This document shows positions 19,015 to 28,500 of a DNA stretch of 32,000 bases, one piece after another (positions within the stretch are counted from its first letter, which is position 1; every line of letters starts with the position of its first letter). The notes under the pieces were generated by a model. That model was not told where the DNA came from. It saw only the letters and a list, made by a program, of their open reading frames with translations, and made no database searches. The DNA is from Okeania sp. SIO2C9 (GTDB lineage: Bacteria > Cyanobacteriota > Cyanobacteriia > Cyanobacteriales > Microcoleaceae): positions 306,659-338,658 of the forward strand of contig NZ_JAAHGO010000007.1 in NCBI RefSeq assembly GCF_010672455.1, given 5' to 3'. Made by a program: the position numbers and the translations under genes.

Positions 19015-20357
19015 ATGAAACCATTAATATTAGATATTTTTTCCGGTGCAGGCGGTTTTAGTCTTGGTTTTAAATGGGCAGGTTGTCAAATTATTGGTGC
19101 TATAGAAATAGATAAATGGGCATCAGAAACTTTTGCTTATAATCATCCAGATGCAGTTGTTATCAATCAAGATATTACGAATATTACTAATAAGGATATA
19201 GCAGGGATTTGGAGTAATAATAAACCACAAATTGTGATAGGAGGTCCCCCTTGTCAAGGATATTCTATTTGTAATAAAAATTCTGGAGATCCTAAAGACC
19301 CTAGAAATAATCTTTTTAGAGAATTAATCAGAATAGCTGTAGTTTTTGAGCCAGAAATATTAATTATGGAAAATGTGCCTAACCTGATAAAAATTAGGAC
19401 TCATTCTCAAACCAAAGTTATTGACATTATTGAAGAGGAGTTTAATAAGATTGGGTATCACGTCTACATAAAAATATTGGAAGCTACAGCATACGGCGTA
19501 CCTCAAATCAGAAAACGTTTATTTATTGTTGCTTCAAAACGGGAACTAGAAAATCCTTTTCCCTTGCCAACTCATGGAATATTAACCAATCAGCAAATGT
19601 CTTTATTTGGAGAAAATTTAAAGTTCTGTCCGACATTATGGGATGCTATTTCTGACTTACCGACCTTGGAAGCTGGTGAAGGAAAAGAAGAGTCAAATTA
19701 TTCCAAACAACCGTCGAATGAATATCAAAAATTGTTGAGAAATGGCAATAAAATTCTGTTTAATCACAAAGCAATGAATCACACTAAAAGAATGGTAGAA
19801 AGATTTGCCACAATGAGTTGGGGAAATTCTGGAAAAGATGCACCAAAACATTTACAACCGCGACAAAGAAACTCTACAAAAATATCTAAAAAAATCTACG
19901 ACCAAAATAATAGAAGACTCCATCCAGATAAACCATGCCATACAATTCCAGCATCATTTTATGCTAATTTTGTTCATCCTTATCAACATAGAAATTTCAC
20001 AGCTAGAGAAGGTGCAAGAATACAATCATTTCCAGATAGTTTGAAATTCATGGGTAAACCAACAGTTGTTAGTCTTAAAGAAGGAAGAAGGAAGAAAGAA
20101 GAAGGAAGAAGGAAGGAAGGAAGGAAGGAAGGAAGGAAGGAAGAAAAAGTGGATGGGGACTCAAACCCCAACCAATTGTAAGCACCCCCGTTTACCGTGG
20201 GGTATTAAACCCAAAAGAAAAAGATGAGCTACTATTGAGAGAAGGTCGTTTAGCAGAAAAACATTTATGTCAATACAATCAAATTGGAAACGCCGTTCCT
20301 CCTTTGTTAGCTAAAGCTATTGCCGATAATATATTAAAACAGTTTTCAATAATTTAG
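19015..20357 (+). pseudogene. C5 cytosine DNA methyltransferase (Dcm type) split before motif X by a repeat element
   Basis: Motifs I LDIFSGAGGFSLGF, IV GGPPCQGYS, VI ENVPNL, VIII QIRKRLFIVA and IX REGARIQSFPD are in the frame of 19015. Motif X (QYNQIGNAVPPLLAKAIA, 20271-20357) is in another frame, after an insert of about 150 bp made of (GAAGGAA)n plus a GC-rich core. Confidence 0.8.
20063..20218. mobile_element. Repeat element family 3 copy inside the methyltransferase gene
   Basis: (GAAGGAA/GGAA)n ... AAAAGTGGATGGGGACTCAAACCCCAACCAATTGTAAGCACCCCCGTTTACCGTGGGGTATTAAACCCAAAAGAAAAAGAT. Related copies lie at 11408-11523 and, inverted, at about 14335-14450. Boundaries are approximate. Confidence 0.55.
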
Positions 20358-20479
20358 AATTTAGAATGCGCGAATTTAGAATTACCTCTCCTTGAAAACG
20401 GATAGGATTGACGAACAGGAAAATTTTTATTTATTATCCCCTTAAAAGGGAAGGCTTTAAACAACAATCTTTCGGTAAA
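20352..20479 (+). mobile_element. MITE family 2 copy, short variant, between the M and R genes
   Basis: (AATTTAG)n then ATTACCTCTCCTTGAAAACGGATAGGATTGAC...CCCCTTAAAAGGGAAGGCTTTAAAC...TTCGGTAAA. It supplies the false N-terminus of ORF 20408-21166. Confidence 0.75.
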
Positions 20480-20494
20480 ATAGAGCTAAATAAG

Positions 20495-21484
20495 ATGTAT
20501 GTTTATGGTCATAATTTAGAGCAAAAGGAAAATCATAAAACGAAATATATAGACGAAGATTATCGGAGATATTTGAGAGAAATAAGAGAAAAATATAATG
20601 AGTGGAAATTGGCTGATGAAGGGCTAATTGCTCCATCAATTGAAACAACAAACCAAGATAGCGAATTATTGATAAAGCGAGTAGAATTTTTGAATAAATA
20701 CAAAGATTTTCTAGAACAACAACACTATGCTGAAAAATTTGATTCTCGTTCAAATCTCCATTCATCTGTCTTGGAAGAATTTATGTATTACCTTTTCAAA
20801 GATTTAGTTAGTGAATTTTCATCACAAGCTTTAATTGGTAAGTCTCGTACTTTCAAAGATATATTTTTTCGGTCTGAAAATTATCAAGATATGCTCAATT
20901 ATCCTCATGCTTTAATTGAGTTGAAAGATAATGATTTTGCCATAGGAGTGAGAATTCATGCCCAAATGAATTGTCAGGGTTCTCAAGAATTAGAAAGTCA
21001 TATTTGGGATGTACCTGCTGTAGTTATAGAATGTAAAACTTATTTGGATAAAACTATGCTTCAAGACGCAGCAACAGCAGCAGAACAACTTAAGCATAGA
21101 AACTCTAATGCCATTTATATTTTAGTTGCAGAATGGCTAAAATTAACAGATGCCTTCAATAATTAATAATTAATAATTAATAATTACCTCTTCTTTTCAA
21201 GGAGAGGATTGACTAAAAGGAAAATTTTTTATTTTTTATCCTTTAAAGGAGAGGCTTTAAACCTTAATTATTAGGTAAATTTACGAAAATTCAAAATCGA
21301 CCAAATATATGTATTAAGAAAACAAAAGAATACGGATAGAGAATTCCGATATCAGAAAGGGTATATTAAAAATCCTATATATGTAGATGTGGTAGAACAT
21401 TTATTTGTTAATATTCGAGATTATTTAACCTCTGATTGGGAGGGTGGTATTAATTTTGGTTTGAAGCGTGGTTATTTAATTTAG
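20495..21484 (+). pseudogene. Type II restriction endonuclease (PD-(D/E)XK, ...D-x(n)-ECK) truncated by a MITE
   Basis: It lies downstream of the methyltransferase. It contains IELKDNDFAIG...DVPAVVIECKTYLDKTMLQDAATAAEQLK. A MITE at 21160-21279 introduces TAA at 21164-21166. The same frame resumes at 21275 (VNLRKFKIDQIYVLRKQKNTDREFRYQKGYIKNPIYVDVVEHLF...GLKRGYLI, TAG at 21482-21484). Confidence 0.6.
21160..21279 (+). mobile_element. MITE family 2 copy, short variant, inside the restriction endonuclease gene
   Basis: (AATAATT)n then ATTACCTCTTCTTTTCAAGGAGAGGATTGAC...CCTTTAAAGGAGAGGCTTTAAACC...TTAGGTAAA. Confidence 0.75.
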
Positions 21485-21758
21485 CTAGCTAATCATTTGT
21501 ATTGAAATAATTTCAACTGTGCCAGTTTAGAAAAATCACTACAACTGTCTACTCTCTTCTATGACAATTAAATAACTGTCACCTACATACTAAGTTCTAC
21601 CTTAATAGTTAGCTTAGGATTGGTATTAAGAAAGGCAAGAACACAAGAGTGACACTTTTTAATCTGGTCAGTTTCTATTAATAATCTGTCAGAGACTTGG
21701 TAACACTTTCTCAAATCTGCCTAGATCATTACACCAAAAATAACTTAACTGAAAAACC

Positions 21759-22730
21759 ATGAACTTATTAACAACAATTAATTCCACTAATCAGACCCAA
21801 TTTGACCTAGCTGGTTATTGCCATTCCACTCCTAATTATCTACAAACCAGAGCCAGAATTAATTATTTACTTGAACGCTATCTTTCTCAAGACATTCTTA
21901 CAGAAAGACTATTAGACTTACCTCAACAATTTGAAAATCCTCAACAAAGACCATGGCAAAAAATTAATTTGCAAGCAATTAACAATAGTCAAATTATTGG
22001 TATCGAACCAACATTATTTTTACAAGTAATTGCTTCCGCCGTAGAAATTGAAGCACCAATTCGTTCCTATTCCCAAGAAAGTTGGGGTTATTTACAAACA
22101 GCTCATCCTCAATTAGCTAGATTTATGGGAGGTGTAACTGATGAAAATGGGAAAATAATTGAAGTTGGTACTTGGGAAAAAGAAGAACGACAACACGCCC
22201 CTACTTTTAACAAGATTTATCAACAACTTACAGGGAAAAAATTACAGCAAAAACCTAATACCGTTCATGGTTATAAACCTACTGGAAATGTACGGGCAGA
22301 AATCTATAATCATGGAGTAAGTAGAATAAGTTCTGAATGGAGTGCCGTATCTATTTATATATGGTTAATGTCTCATTCTACAGGGGCATTACAAATGGCG
22401 ATCGCTCAACCTTTACAAGATGAAGTTAATCATTTGGCTAAGTTTTGGGGAATCACTAGATGGGGTTTTGGTGATTCGGTTTTTCGGCGAGTTATTGGCA
22501 GTATCTCTCGTCTACTTAGACTATTAAATTATCATCAAAAAGAGCGAACTTCTGGTCAAGATATTATCAAGTTTTATCATTTAAAATATGGTATTGAGAT
22601 TGGCTATAGCTTGATGAAAGTAATGACACAAATGTGTCGTTGGAATTACCATTTAAAAGCTGATGCTTTGAGTCAAGTTTTTGGTAATTATCTCAGTCAT
22701 ACTTCTGAAGTTCAAAAATCAAATGAGTGA
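21759..22730 (+). CDS. Ferritin-fold di-iron carboxylate protein, acyl-ACP desaturase-like
   Basis: 323 aa with two EXXH motifs at the appropriate spacing (WEKEERQHAP and LQDEVNHLAKFW) plus extra Glu residues (AVEIEAP, SSEWSA). This resembles the EENRH/DExRH ligand set of soluble desaturases. Confidence 0.6.
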   Translation: MNLLTTINSTNQTQFDLAGYCHSTPNYLQTRARINYLLERYLSQDILTERLLDLPQQFENPQQRPWQKINLQAINNSQIIGIEPTLFLQVIASAVEIEAPIRSYSQESWGYLQTAHPQLARFMGGVTDENGKIIEVGTWEKEERQHAPTFNKIYQQLTGKKLQQKPNTVHGYKPTGNVRAEIYNHGVSRISSEWSAVSIYIWLMSHSTGALQMAIAQPLQDEVNHLAKFWGITRWGFGDSVFRRVIGSISRLLRLLNYHQKERTSGQDIIKFYHLKYGIEIGYSLMKVMTQMCRWNYHLKADALSQVFGNYLSHTSEVQKSNE

Positions 22731-22731
22731 T

Positions 22732-23628
22732 ATAGCAGAAGGAAGAAGGAAGAAGGAAGAAATAAGGACCGAAGTTAGAAAAATCTGGCGTTGTCTGAAT
22801 TTTTAGCTTTTGATATGTCCTAACCTTTTCTTCGACTGTGATAATTATTGCGAGGGAAGTTTTTAAGAGTTAATTATTTGGCATCCGAATCATAGAGAAA
22901 ATTAACATCTATATATTGTCCTCTTCCTTCTTTCCTTCCTTTACCGAATAATTAAGATTTAAAGCCTAATCTCATCAATAATTGTTAATTCTTAATTGTT
23001 GAAAATTGTTATATTATTTCGATTCCGGATAATAGCGTGATGAAAAAATCGATCCTCCTATCTTTTCTTTTCTATAGAATCATTTGGTATCTTTACACAC
23101 GGTATGTGCTTTTGGGATAGAAGTCAGTCCTCAAAACTCAGTCTTGGTGAAGTCAGAAAATTCAGAAATAGAATAGGGGAAAAAGCGGATGCGACCCCGC
23201 GCCGTCACACGGCGCAAGCGGTCTGACCCCGGCGTTTGCGTCAGCGTCCCGTAGGGAAAGGTTTCCTCGCCATGGGAATGCTGAAGAGAGGGAACGCGCA
23301 CCAAGCAGAATTCCCAAAATTGTCTGTTCGTTGAATAAAACTCTGACAATGACATTTTGAAAACATAAACAGAATGATGCAAGTAGAACAATGAAAAAAC
23401 CAAGCATATAATTTATAACAAAGGACTGTTTTAAGACCTTGACTATTGTGGCATTAATTATATGATGTCTGGTGAATAACTTTTAAATAGATTAAGAGTT
23501 AGCCTTCTTTGGAGGAACTACGTTAACAGTTATAGCTATCAAAGGAAAGGGTGCAGAAATATCAAAAGCTTAAAACTCAGACAACGCAAAACTTTTCCTT
23601 CTTTCTTCTTCCTTCTTCCTTCTGCTAT
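22732..23628. mobile_element. Non-autonomous element of about 900 bp bounded by 70-85-bp imperfect terminal inverted repeats that begin with (GAAGGAA)n
   Basis: The left arm (22732-22816) is ATAGCAGAAGGAAGAAGGAAGAAGG...GCGTTGTCTGAATTTTTAGCTTTTGATAT. The right arm (23559-23628) is ATATCAAAAGCTTAAAACTCAGACAACGC...CCTTCTTCCTTCTGCTAT. The interior holds other repeat fragments and a GC-rich core, with no credible ORF. Confidence 0.6.
23170..23300 (-). repeat. GC-rich structured module (paralogue of 25341-25450 and of the cores of long family 2 MITEs)
   Basis: The minus strand reads ...CCCTACGGGACGCT...GACCGCTT-GCGCCGTGTGACGGCGC-GGGGTCGCATCCGCT. The copy at 25341-25450 reads ...CCCTACGGTTCGCT...GACCGCTT-GCCTCTGTCGCCGAGGC-GGGGTCGTACCGCT. 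Confidence 0.6.
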
Positions 23629-24319
23629 ATCAAGTGTATGATAGAGGATAGCGAATAGACTTGTCGTTTTATAACTTAAAAAATCCCCAAAAACTTTGTT
23701 ATGTAAGGATTGTAGCTATTGGTAGCCAAAAAGTATTGGAATTATTGCTCTGTCTAGGTTGGAGCGATTTTTTCCCTCTATTTAGCGACAACTCTAATGT
23801 TTACTCCGCGTCTACAGACCCGCCATCAATACGCACTACACGCTTTTCAAAATATTGTTAATTGTTGAAAACCGTAATCAGTATACTAGCAATGACCGGA
23901 TTTGGTATAACTAGAAAATAAGAAAGTAGTTGATACAGCAGAAGTCAGGATGCTGGAAAACTTATATATCTGGTACTGTGGATATGAAAGTACATAAAGG
24001 TTTATCTATTGCGACCAATACACTATGCTTCGCCACGTCCACTACCTCGTTCATCACAGTACACCCTAACTTGAGCAAAAGATTGTTGGGTATTTGAGGT
24101 TGAGTAATTTAGTTGTAAACTGCAGATATTACGGAATAAAATCGTCGAAATTACGATGGAAATGTAAATAAATAGGTAGAGACTCATAGGAGTTGTCCAT
24201 TGTTCATGCAAGGAGTTTCTACTATTAAATACAAAACTTATATAGTCTTTTCAGGATATAATTCAGTGTCTTTACTTATTCCAGGAAAATTGCGGCCAGA
24301 TGATCAATTATTTAGGTGA

Positions 24320-24940
24320 TTAGGGATGAGCGATCGCTGAGTCTACTTGCTTCAACAAGATTTCTAAGGTTGAGGAGTTATCCAAAACTACATCCGCTTG
24401 TTGACACTTATTTTCTAGAGGCATTTGATGATTAATTCGAGTGTAAGCTTGTTCTTGACTTAACCCATCCCGTTTCATCAATCTTTCTATTTGTTGTTGA
24501 GGAGAAGTGTATGTAACCCAAATTTCTGTTACTAAATCAGTCATTTTGGCTTCAAACAGTAATGGTACTACTAATACTGCTGTGGGGTATCTATCGGAGC
24601 TATGATACCCAGGTTCATTATTTTTGATGACAAACTGCTGAATATTCTGCTCGAAGCGATCGCGTACATAAGGATGAATTTGTTTCTCTAACCAGAGTAA
24701 CTCCTCTTGATTGTTAAAAACAATCTCTCCTAATTTTTGCCTATTAAGATTACCATTAGCTAACAATATATCAGTGCCATAGTTTTCTACTATATTATCT
24801 AAAATCAATGAATTTGGTTGTACGGCTTTGCGAGCATAAATATCTGCGTCCCAAATTGGGAGATGGTGAGTTTTGTTCAGATAATTTGATACAGTAGTCT
24901 TTCCTGTACCAATACCCCCAGTTAAACCAATGAGACGCAT
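24320..24940 (-). CDS. coaE: Dephospho-CoA kinase
   Basis: MRLIGLTGGIGTGKTTVSNYL (P-loop), ...DADIYARKAV...VVPLLFEA..., about 206 aa, the typical CoaE length and layout. Confidence 0.9.
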   Translation of the reverse strand: MRLIGLTGGIGTGKTTVSNYLNKTHHLPIWDADIYARKAVQPNSLILDNIVENYGTDILLANGNLNRQKLGEIVFNNQEELLWLEKQIHPYVRDRFEQNIQQFVIKNNEPGYHSSDRYPTAVLVVPLLFEAKMTDLVTEIWVTYTSPQQQIERLMKRDGLSQEQAYTRINHQMPLENKCQQADVVLDNSSTLEILLKQVDSAIAHP

Positions 24941-24946
24941 ATAAAT

Positions 24947-24995
24947 AAGTCAAAAGTCAAAAGTTAAAAGTCAAAAGTTAAAAGCCAAAAGTTAA
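24947..24995. repeat. Heptamer STRR array (AAAAGTC/AAAAGTT) of about 7 units
   Basis: AAGTCAAAAGTCAAAAGTTAAAAGTCAAAAGTTAAAAGCCAAAAGTTAA lies directly upstream of the coaE start codon. The same heptamers flank the hairpin at 17523-17565. Confidence 0.9.
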
Positions 24996-25340
24996 TTATT
25001 TTTAGACAGAGCCTAACTTTTAGTAGTTTAGCTTAATTTATACCATTTATTATCGTCGCTAGTTCCTTTGCTGGTAGTTGTAGGTTGTAGGTGTAGAAAA
25101 CAGGCGCGAGCAACCCTGATTGAAAACTCCTCTTCCTTGTAATTACTGTTATCTTCACTGAAAAGTTACAAGCAAGTTATGAAAATTTTAGATTACAGTA
25201 GAAATGGAAATAGCTCAAACAGAAATTTTCTCTATAATATTTATTTGATTTTATGTTATGGCAATAGCCAGAGCGGTTAGGACTTATGCTGATGATGAAT
25301 CTTAGACTAAGCAATGTTTTTCCCACTGTTCCCTATCTTG

Positions 25341-25450
25341 GTCAATTGGATATGGTGAGGAGACCTCGCCATCCCACCCTACGGTTCGCTTTGAAGATCG
25401 ACCGCTTGCCTCTGTCGCCGAGGCGGGGTCGTACCGCTGTTCCCTGTTTC
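25341..25450 (+). repeat. GC-rich structured module, second copy
   Basis: GGTCAATTGGATATGGTGAGGAGACCTCGCCATCCCACCCTACGGTTCGCTTTGAAGATCGACCGCTTGCCTCTGTCGCCGAGGCGGGGTCGTACCGCTGTTCCCT. It is flanked by CTGTTCCCT on both sides. Confidence 0.6.
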
Positions 25451-25538
25451 CTGCTATAGATGTAGCTCATTAATTAAAGGACAAAAAAATATTGACGAAA
25501 GAGTAGTTATATGATAAGCGATCAAAAATCACAAACCA

Positions 25539-28500
25539 ATGAACCATGCACCCATCTATAAAATTTATCAGATTCTCATAGCTGTTCCCCTAACAGGACT
25601 TTGGATATTGGATACTGCTGCCCTCCTACCATTCCATGACAAGGAAAATAATGGTAGATTAAGAATGATTTCATGGAAAATTTTGTCCGCTAAAATCGCA
25701 TCAGCTCAAACATCAACTCAACCAATAGTTCCCGAAGAAAACTCAACCAATACAGTAGTAACTCCGGTAATACCATCCCCAGATTCTTCCCAAACTCGCT
25801 TTGATATTACAGGTGGGAAGCAATCAAAAGATAATACTAATCTTTTCCATAGCTTCGAGAGATTTAATTTGGGAGAAAACCAAATTGTTAACTTTATCTC
25901 TAACCCAAATATCAAAAATATTCTGACTCGTGTCACTGGTGGAGATGCTTCTGTAATTAATGGTCTAATTCAGGTAACAGGGGGCAATTCCAACTTACTG
26001 ATTATGAACTCTGCGGGTATAATTTTTGGTGCAAATGCTAGATTGGATGTACCTGCATCTTTTGTCGTGACTACTGGTTCAGGTATTGGTTTTGACTCTG
26101 GTTGGTTCAATAGCATAGGTGAAAATAACTACGATATTTTAACAGGAAATCCTAGTGCTTTTTCTTTCCCGATGACGAGTCCTGGAGTCATTTTAAATGA
26201 AGGAGAGCTAACTGTTGAAGCAGGAGAAAGTATTATTTTATTGGGGGGTACAATTATTAATACGGGTAAAATTTCTGCACCAGGTGGTGAAATTACGATC
26301 TCTACAGTTCCTGGAGAAAATTTAGTCCGTATTAGTCAAGAAGGACGTTTATTAAATTTAGAAATAGCGACAGAGGATGGAGGAATTTCTAATGATTTAC
26401 CAGAAGAATTACACAGTTTAAATCCCTTATCTATACCAGAGCTTTTAACAGGTAATAGTGAAGTGATGGAAATGGCTACTGGAGTTAGAGTTAATGATAA
26501 TAATGAAGTGGTTTTGACAGGTTCTAATCAAGTAATTCCTACAGATTTAGGTACAACGATTGTATCTGGTTCTCTTGATATTTCTTGGGCAGAAAATTCT
26601 GAATTGGCAAATACAAGTAGAATCAATATTTTTGGAGAAAAAGTAGGATTATTTAATGCCAAGCTTAATGCTTCTGGTCTCTATGGTAGTGGCAATATTA
26701 GAATTGGTGGAGATTCTCAAGGTTTAGGAACAGCTCCTCGTGCTACTCGTACTTATGTAGATGAAAATACAGAAATATTTACTACCTCTTTTAGGGATGA
26801 GGGTGGAAATATAGTTATTTGGAGTGATGAAGAAACTAGCTTTTTTGGCAAAATAGAAGCTATTGGTCGGATTGAGGAACAGTCTATATCGGCAGAACAA
26901 AATTCCAGTAAAAATCTAGTAGAAGTTTCTAGTCAAGGAAATTTAATTTTTGATGGTACTGTTAATTTAGGTTCTCCAGATGTGTTGGGCAGTTTATCAT
27001 TTAAGGCTGAAAATATTAATATTGTAGATACAAATATTGAGATAGCAGATAATCCTTTAAGAGGTGAAACGGCAATAGAATCTCAAATATCAAAATCATC
27101 AATAGAAAGCATATCAGATAGTACAAATATTACTTTTCAAGCGTCTGATAATATTACTATCAACAATTTATCTGAAACTCAATTAAGCTTTGCTCAGACA
27201 AAAGGTGAAATCTCATTTGTCGCAGATAGTGACGAAAATGGTTTGGGGTCTTTGACAATAGACTCAGAAAATACTATCAATACTCAAGGAGCAGCAGTTA
27301 ATATTTCTGGCACGACGATAAATACTGGAGATATTAATACAGAAGGAGGAGAACTTAATCTCACCAGTAGTCAAGGTTTTGTGATGACTAATAACTTATC
27401 TACTACCAACTCAAATATGACAGTAGAAAGCAATGGTGGGAATATTGATATTACAGCACAGGGAGATATTACTACAGGGGAAATTGATGCGAGTGGAGAC
27501 TCTAGGGGTGGGAATATCACTATGAATGCTGCTACTAATATTGATACAGAAAGCATTAATGCTGAAGGTCAACAAAGTGGTGGGAATATTGATATTAGAG
27601 CACAGGGAGATATTACTACAGGAGAAATTGATGCGAGTGGAGACTCTAGGGGTGGGAATATTACTATAAATGCTACTACTGATATTGATACAGAAAGCAT
27701 TCATGCTGAAGGTAGGCAAAGTGGTGGGAATATTGATATTAGAGCTGGAAATACTCTAAACTTGCGAGGAATATCAACCTCAAGCGGTAGTCGAGAAACT
27801 GGTAACATTAGTATTACTGGAAATGAAATCAACCTTTTAGGTGGAGAAAACAGTGTCAGTAGTAATGGGAGACTCATCTTACAACCAGCATCAGAAAATC
27901 AAAATATTACTCTGGGAGGATTTGAAAATATAGAAGGGACAGACGGCAATTTGCCTCTACACCTGACAACAGGAGATTTGGTAACTTTGGCAAATGGTTT
28001 TGAGTCTGTTACTATCGGAAAATCTGAAAACTCTGGCAATATTACTATTGCTTCTACAGAAAGCAGCAATAACAATGGAGTTGTATTCAATGACCCCACA
28101 ACTATTCAAGCAGAAACAATTACAGGTACAGGTACAATAACTGGGGTAGATAATGCTCAAATTACTATAAATGCTAATAGTGATATTTCCACTGGCAATA
28201 TTTCCACATCCACAGGTATTAGTATTACCAGCATTCAAGGCAATGTTAAGACTGGAGATGTGACTGCAAATATATCAGATAATAGTATTGGCAATATTGA
28301 TATTGCTAGTAGTGGTTCTATCGAAACGGGAAAACTAACCACCACAAGAACAACAGCAGGAGGAAATATTAATTTACAAGCAGGCGATCGTATAACTATA
28401 GGTAGAATAAATTCTAGCGCTACACCAGGAAATGCAGGAGAAGTTAAACTGAATGCGGAAAACGCTATTGAAGTCATATCTATACAAGCAGAAGGGGGAA

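Noticed and set aside
20408-20494. N-terminal 29 aa of ORF 20408-21166 (MTNRKIFIYYPLKREGFKQQ...)
   Set aside because: It is encoded by the family 2 MITE at 20352-20479. The same IYYPLKRGG-type peptide is produced by other copies (for example 31405-31599). The true start is probably ATG 20495.
12466-20765. Alternative-frame or antisense ORFs inside well-supported genes (12466-12705, 15748-15954, 16662-16847, 17050-17385, 19838-20044, 19983-20171, 20457-20765)
   Set aside because: Each is nested in or antisense to a gene with clear family motifs. ORF 19983-20171 is simply the translated (GAAGGAA)n array.
23170-23300. GC-rich island as a known structured RNA (riboswitch, RNase P RNA, tmRNA, SRP RNA, group II intron domain V)
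   Set aside because: None of the signature motifs I know are present (GAGGAAAGTCC for RNase P, the GGAAGCAGCC region of SRP RNA, the tmRNA 3' tRNA-like end, the B12 box, the ykkC ACACGGCGGGA motif, or the domain V consensus). The segment also has paralogues at 25341-25450 and inside MITEs, so it is a repeat module.
23131-23407. ORFs of 90 and 81 aa on the minus strand (23131-23403, 23162-23407)
   Set aside because: They overlap each other in different frames. They lie in the GC-rich repeat module inside a foldback element, are Arg/Pro-rich as expected from GC-rich non-coding sequence, and have no start context.
23661-24211. ORFs 23661-23861 (+) and 24023-24211 (-)
   Set aside because: They are short, have no ribosome-binding site or recognisable motif, and lie in repeat-rich spacer. 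The 24023-24211 ORF has one hydrophobic stretch, but that is insufficient to call a gene.
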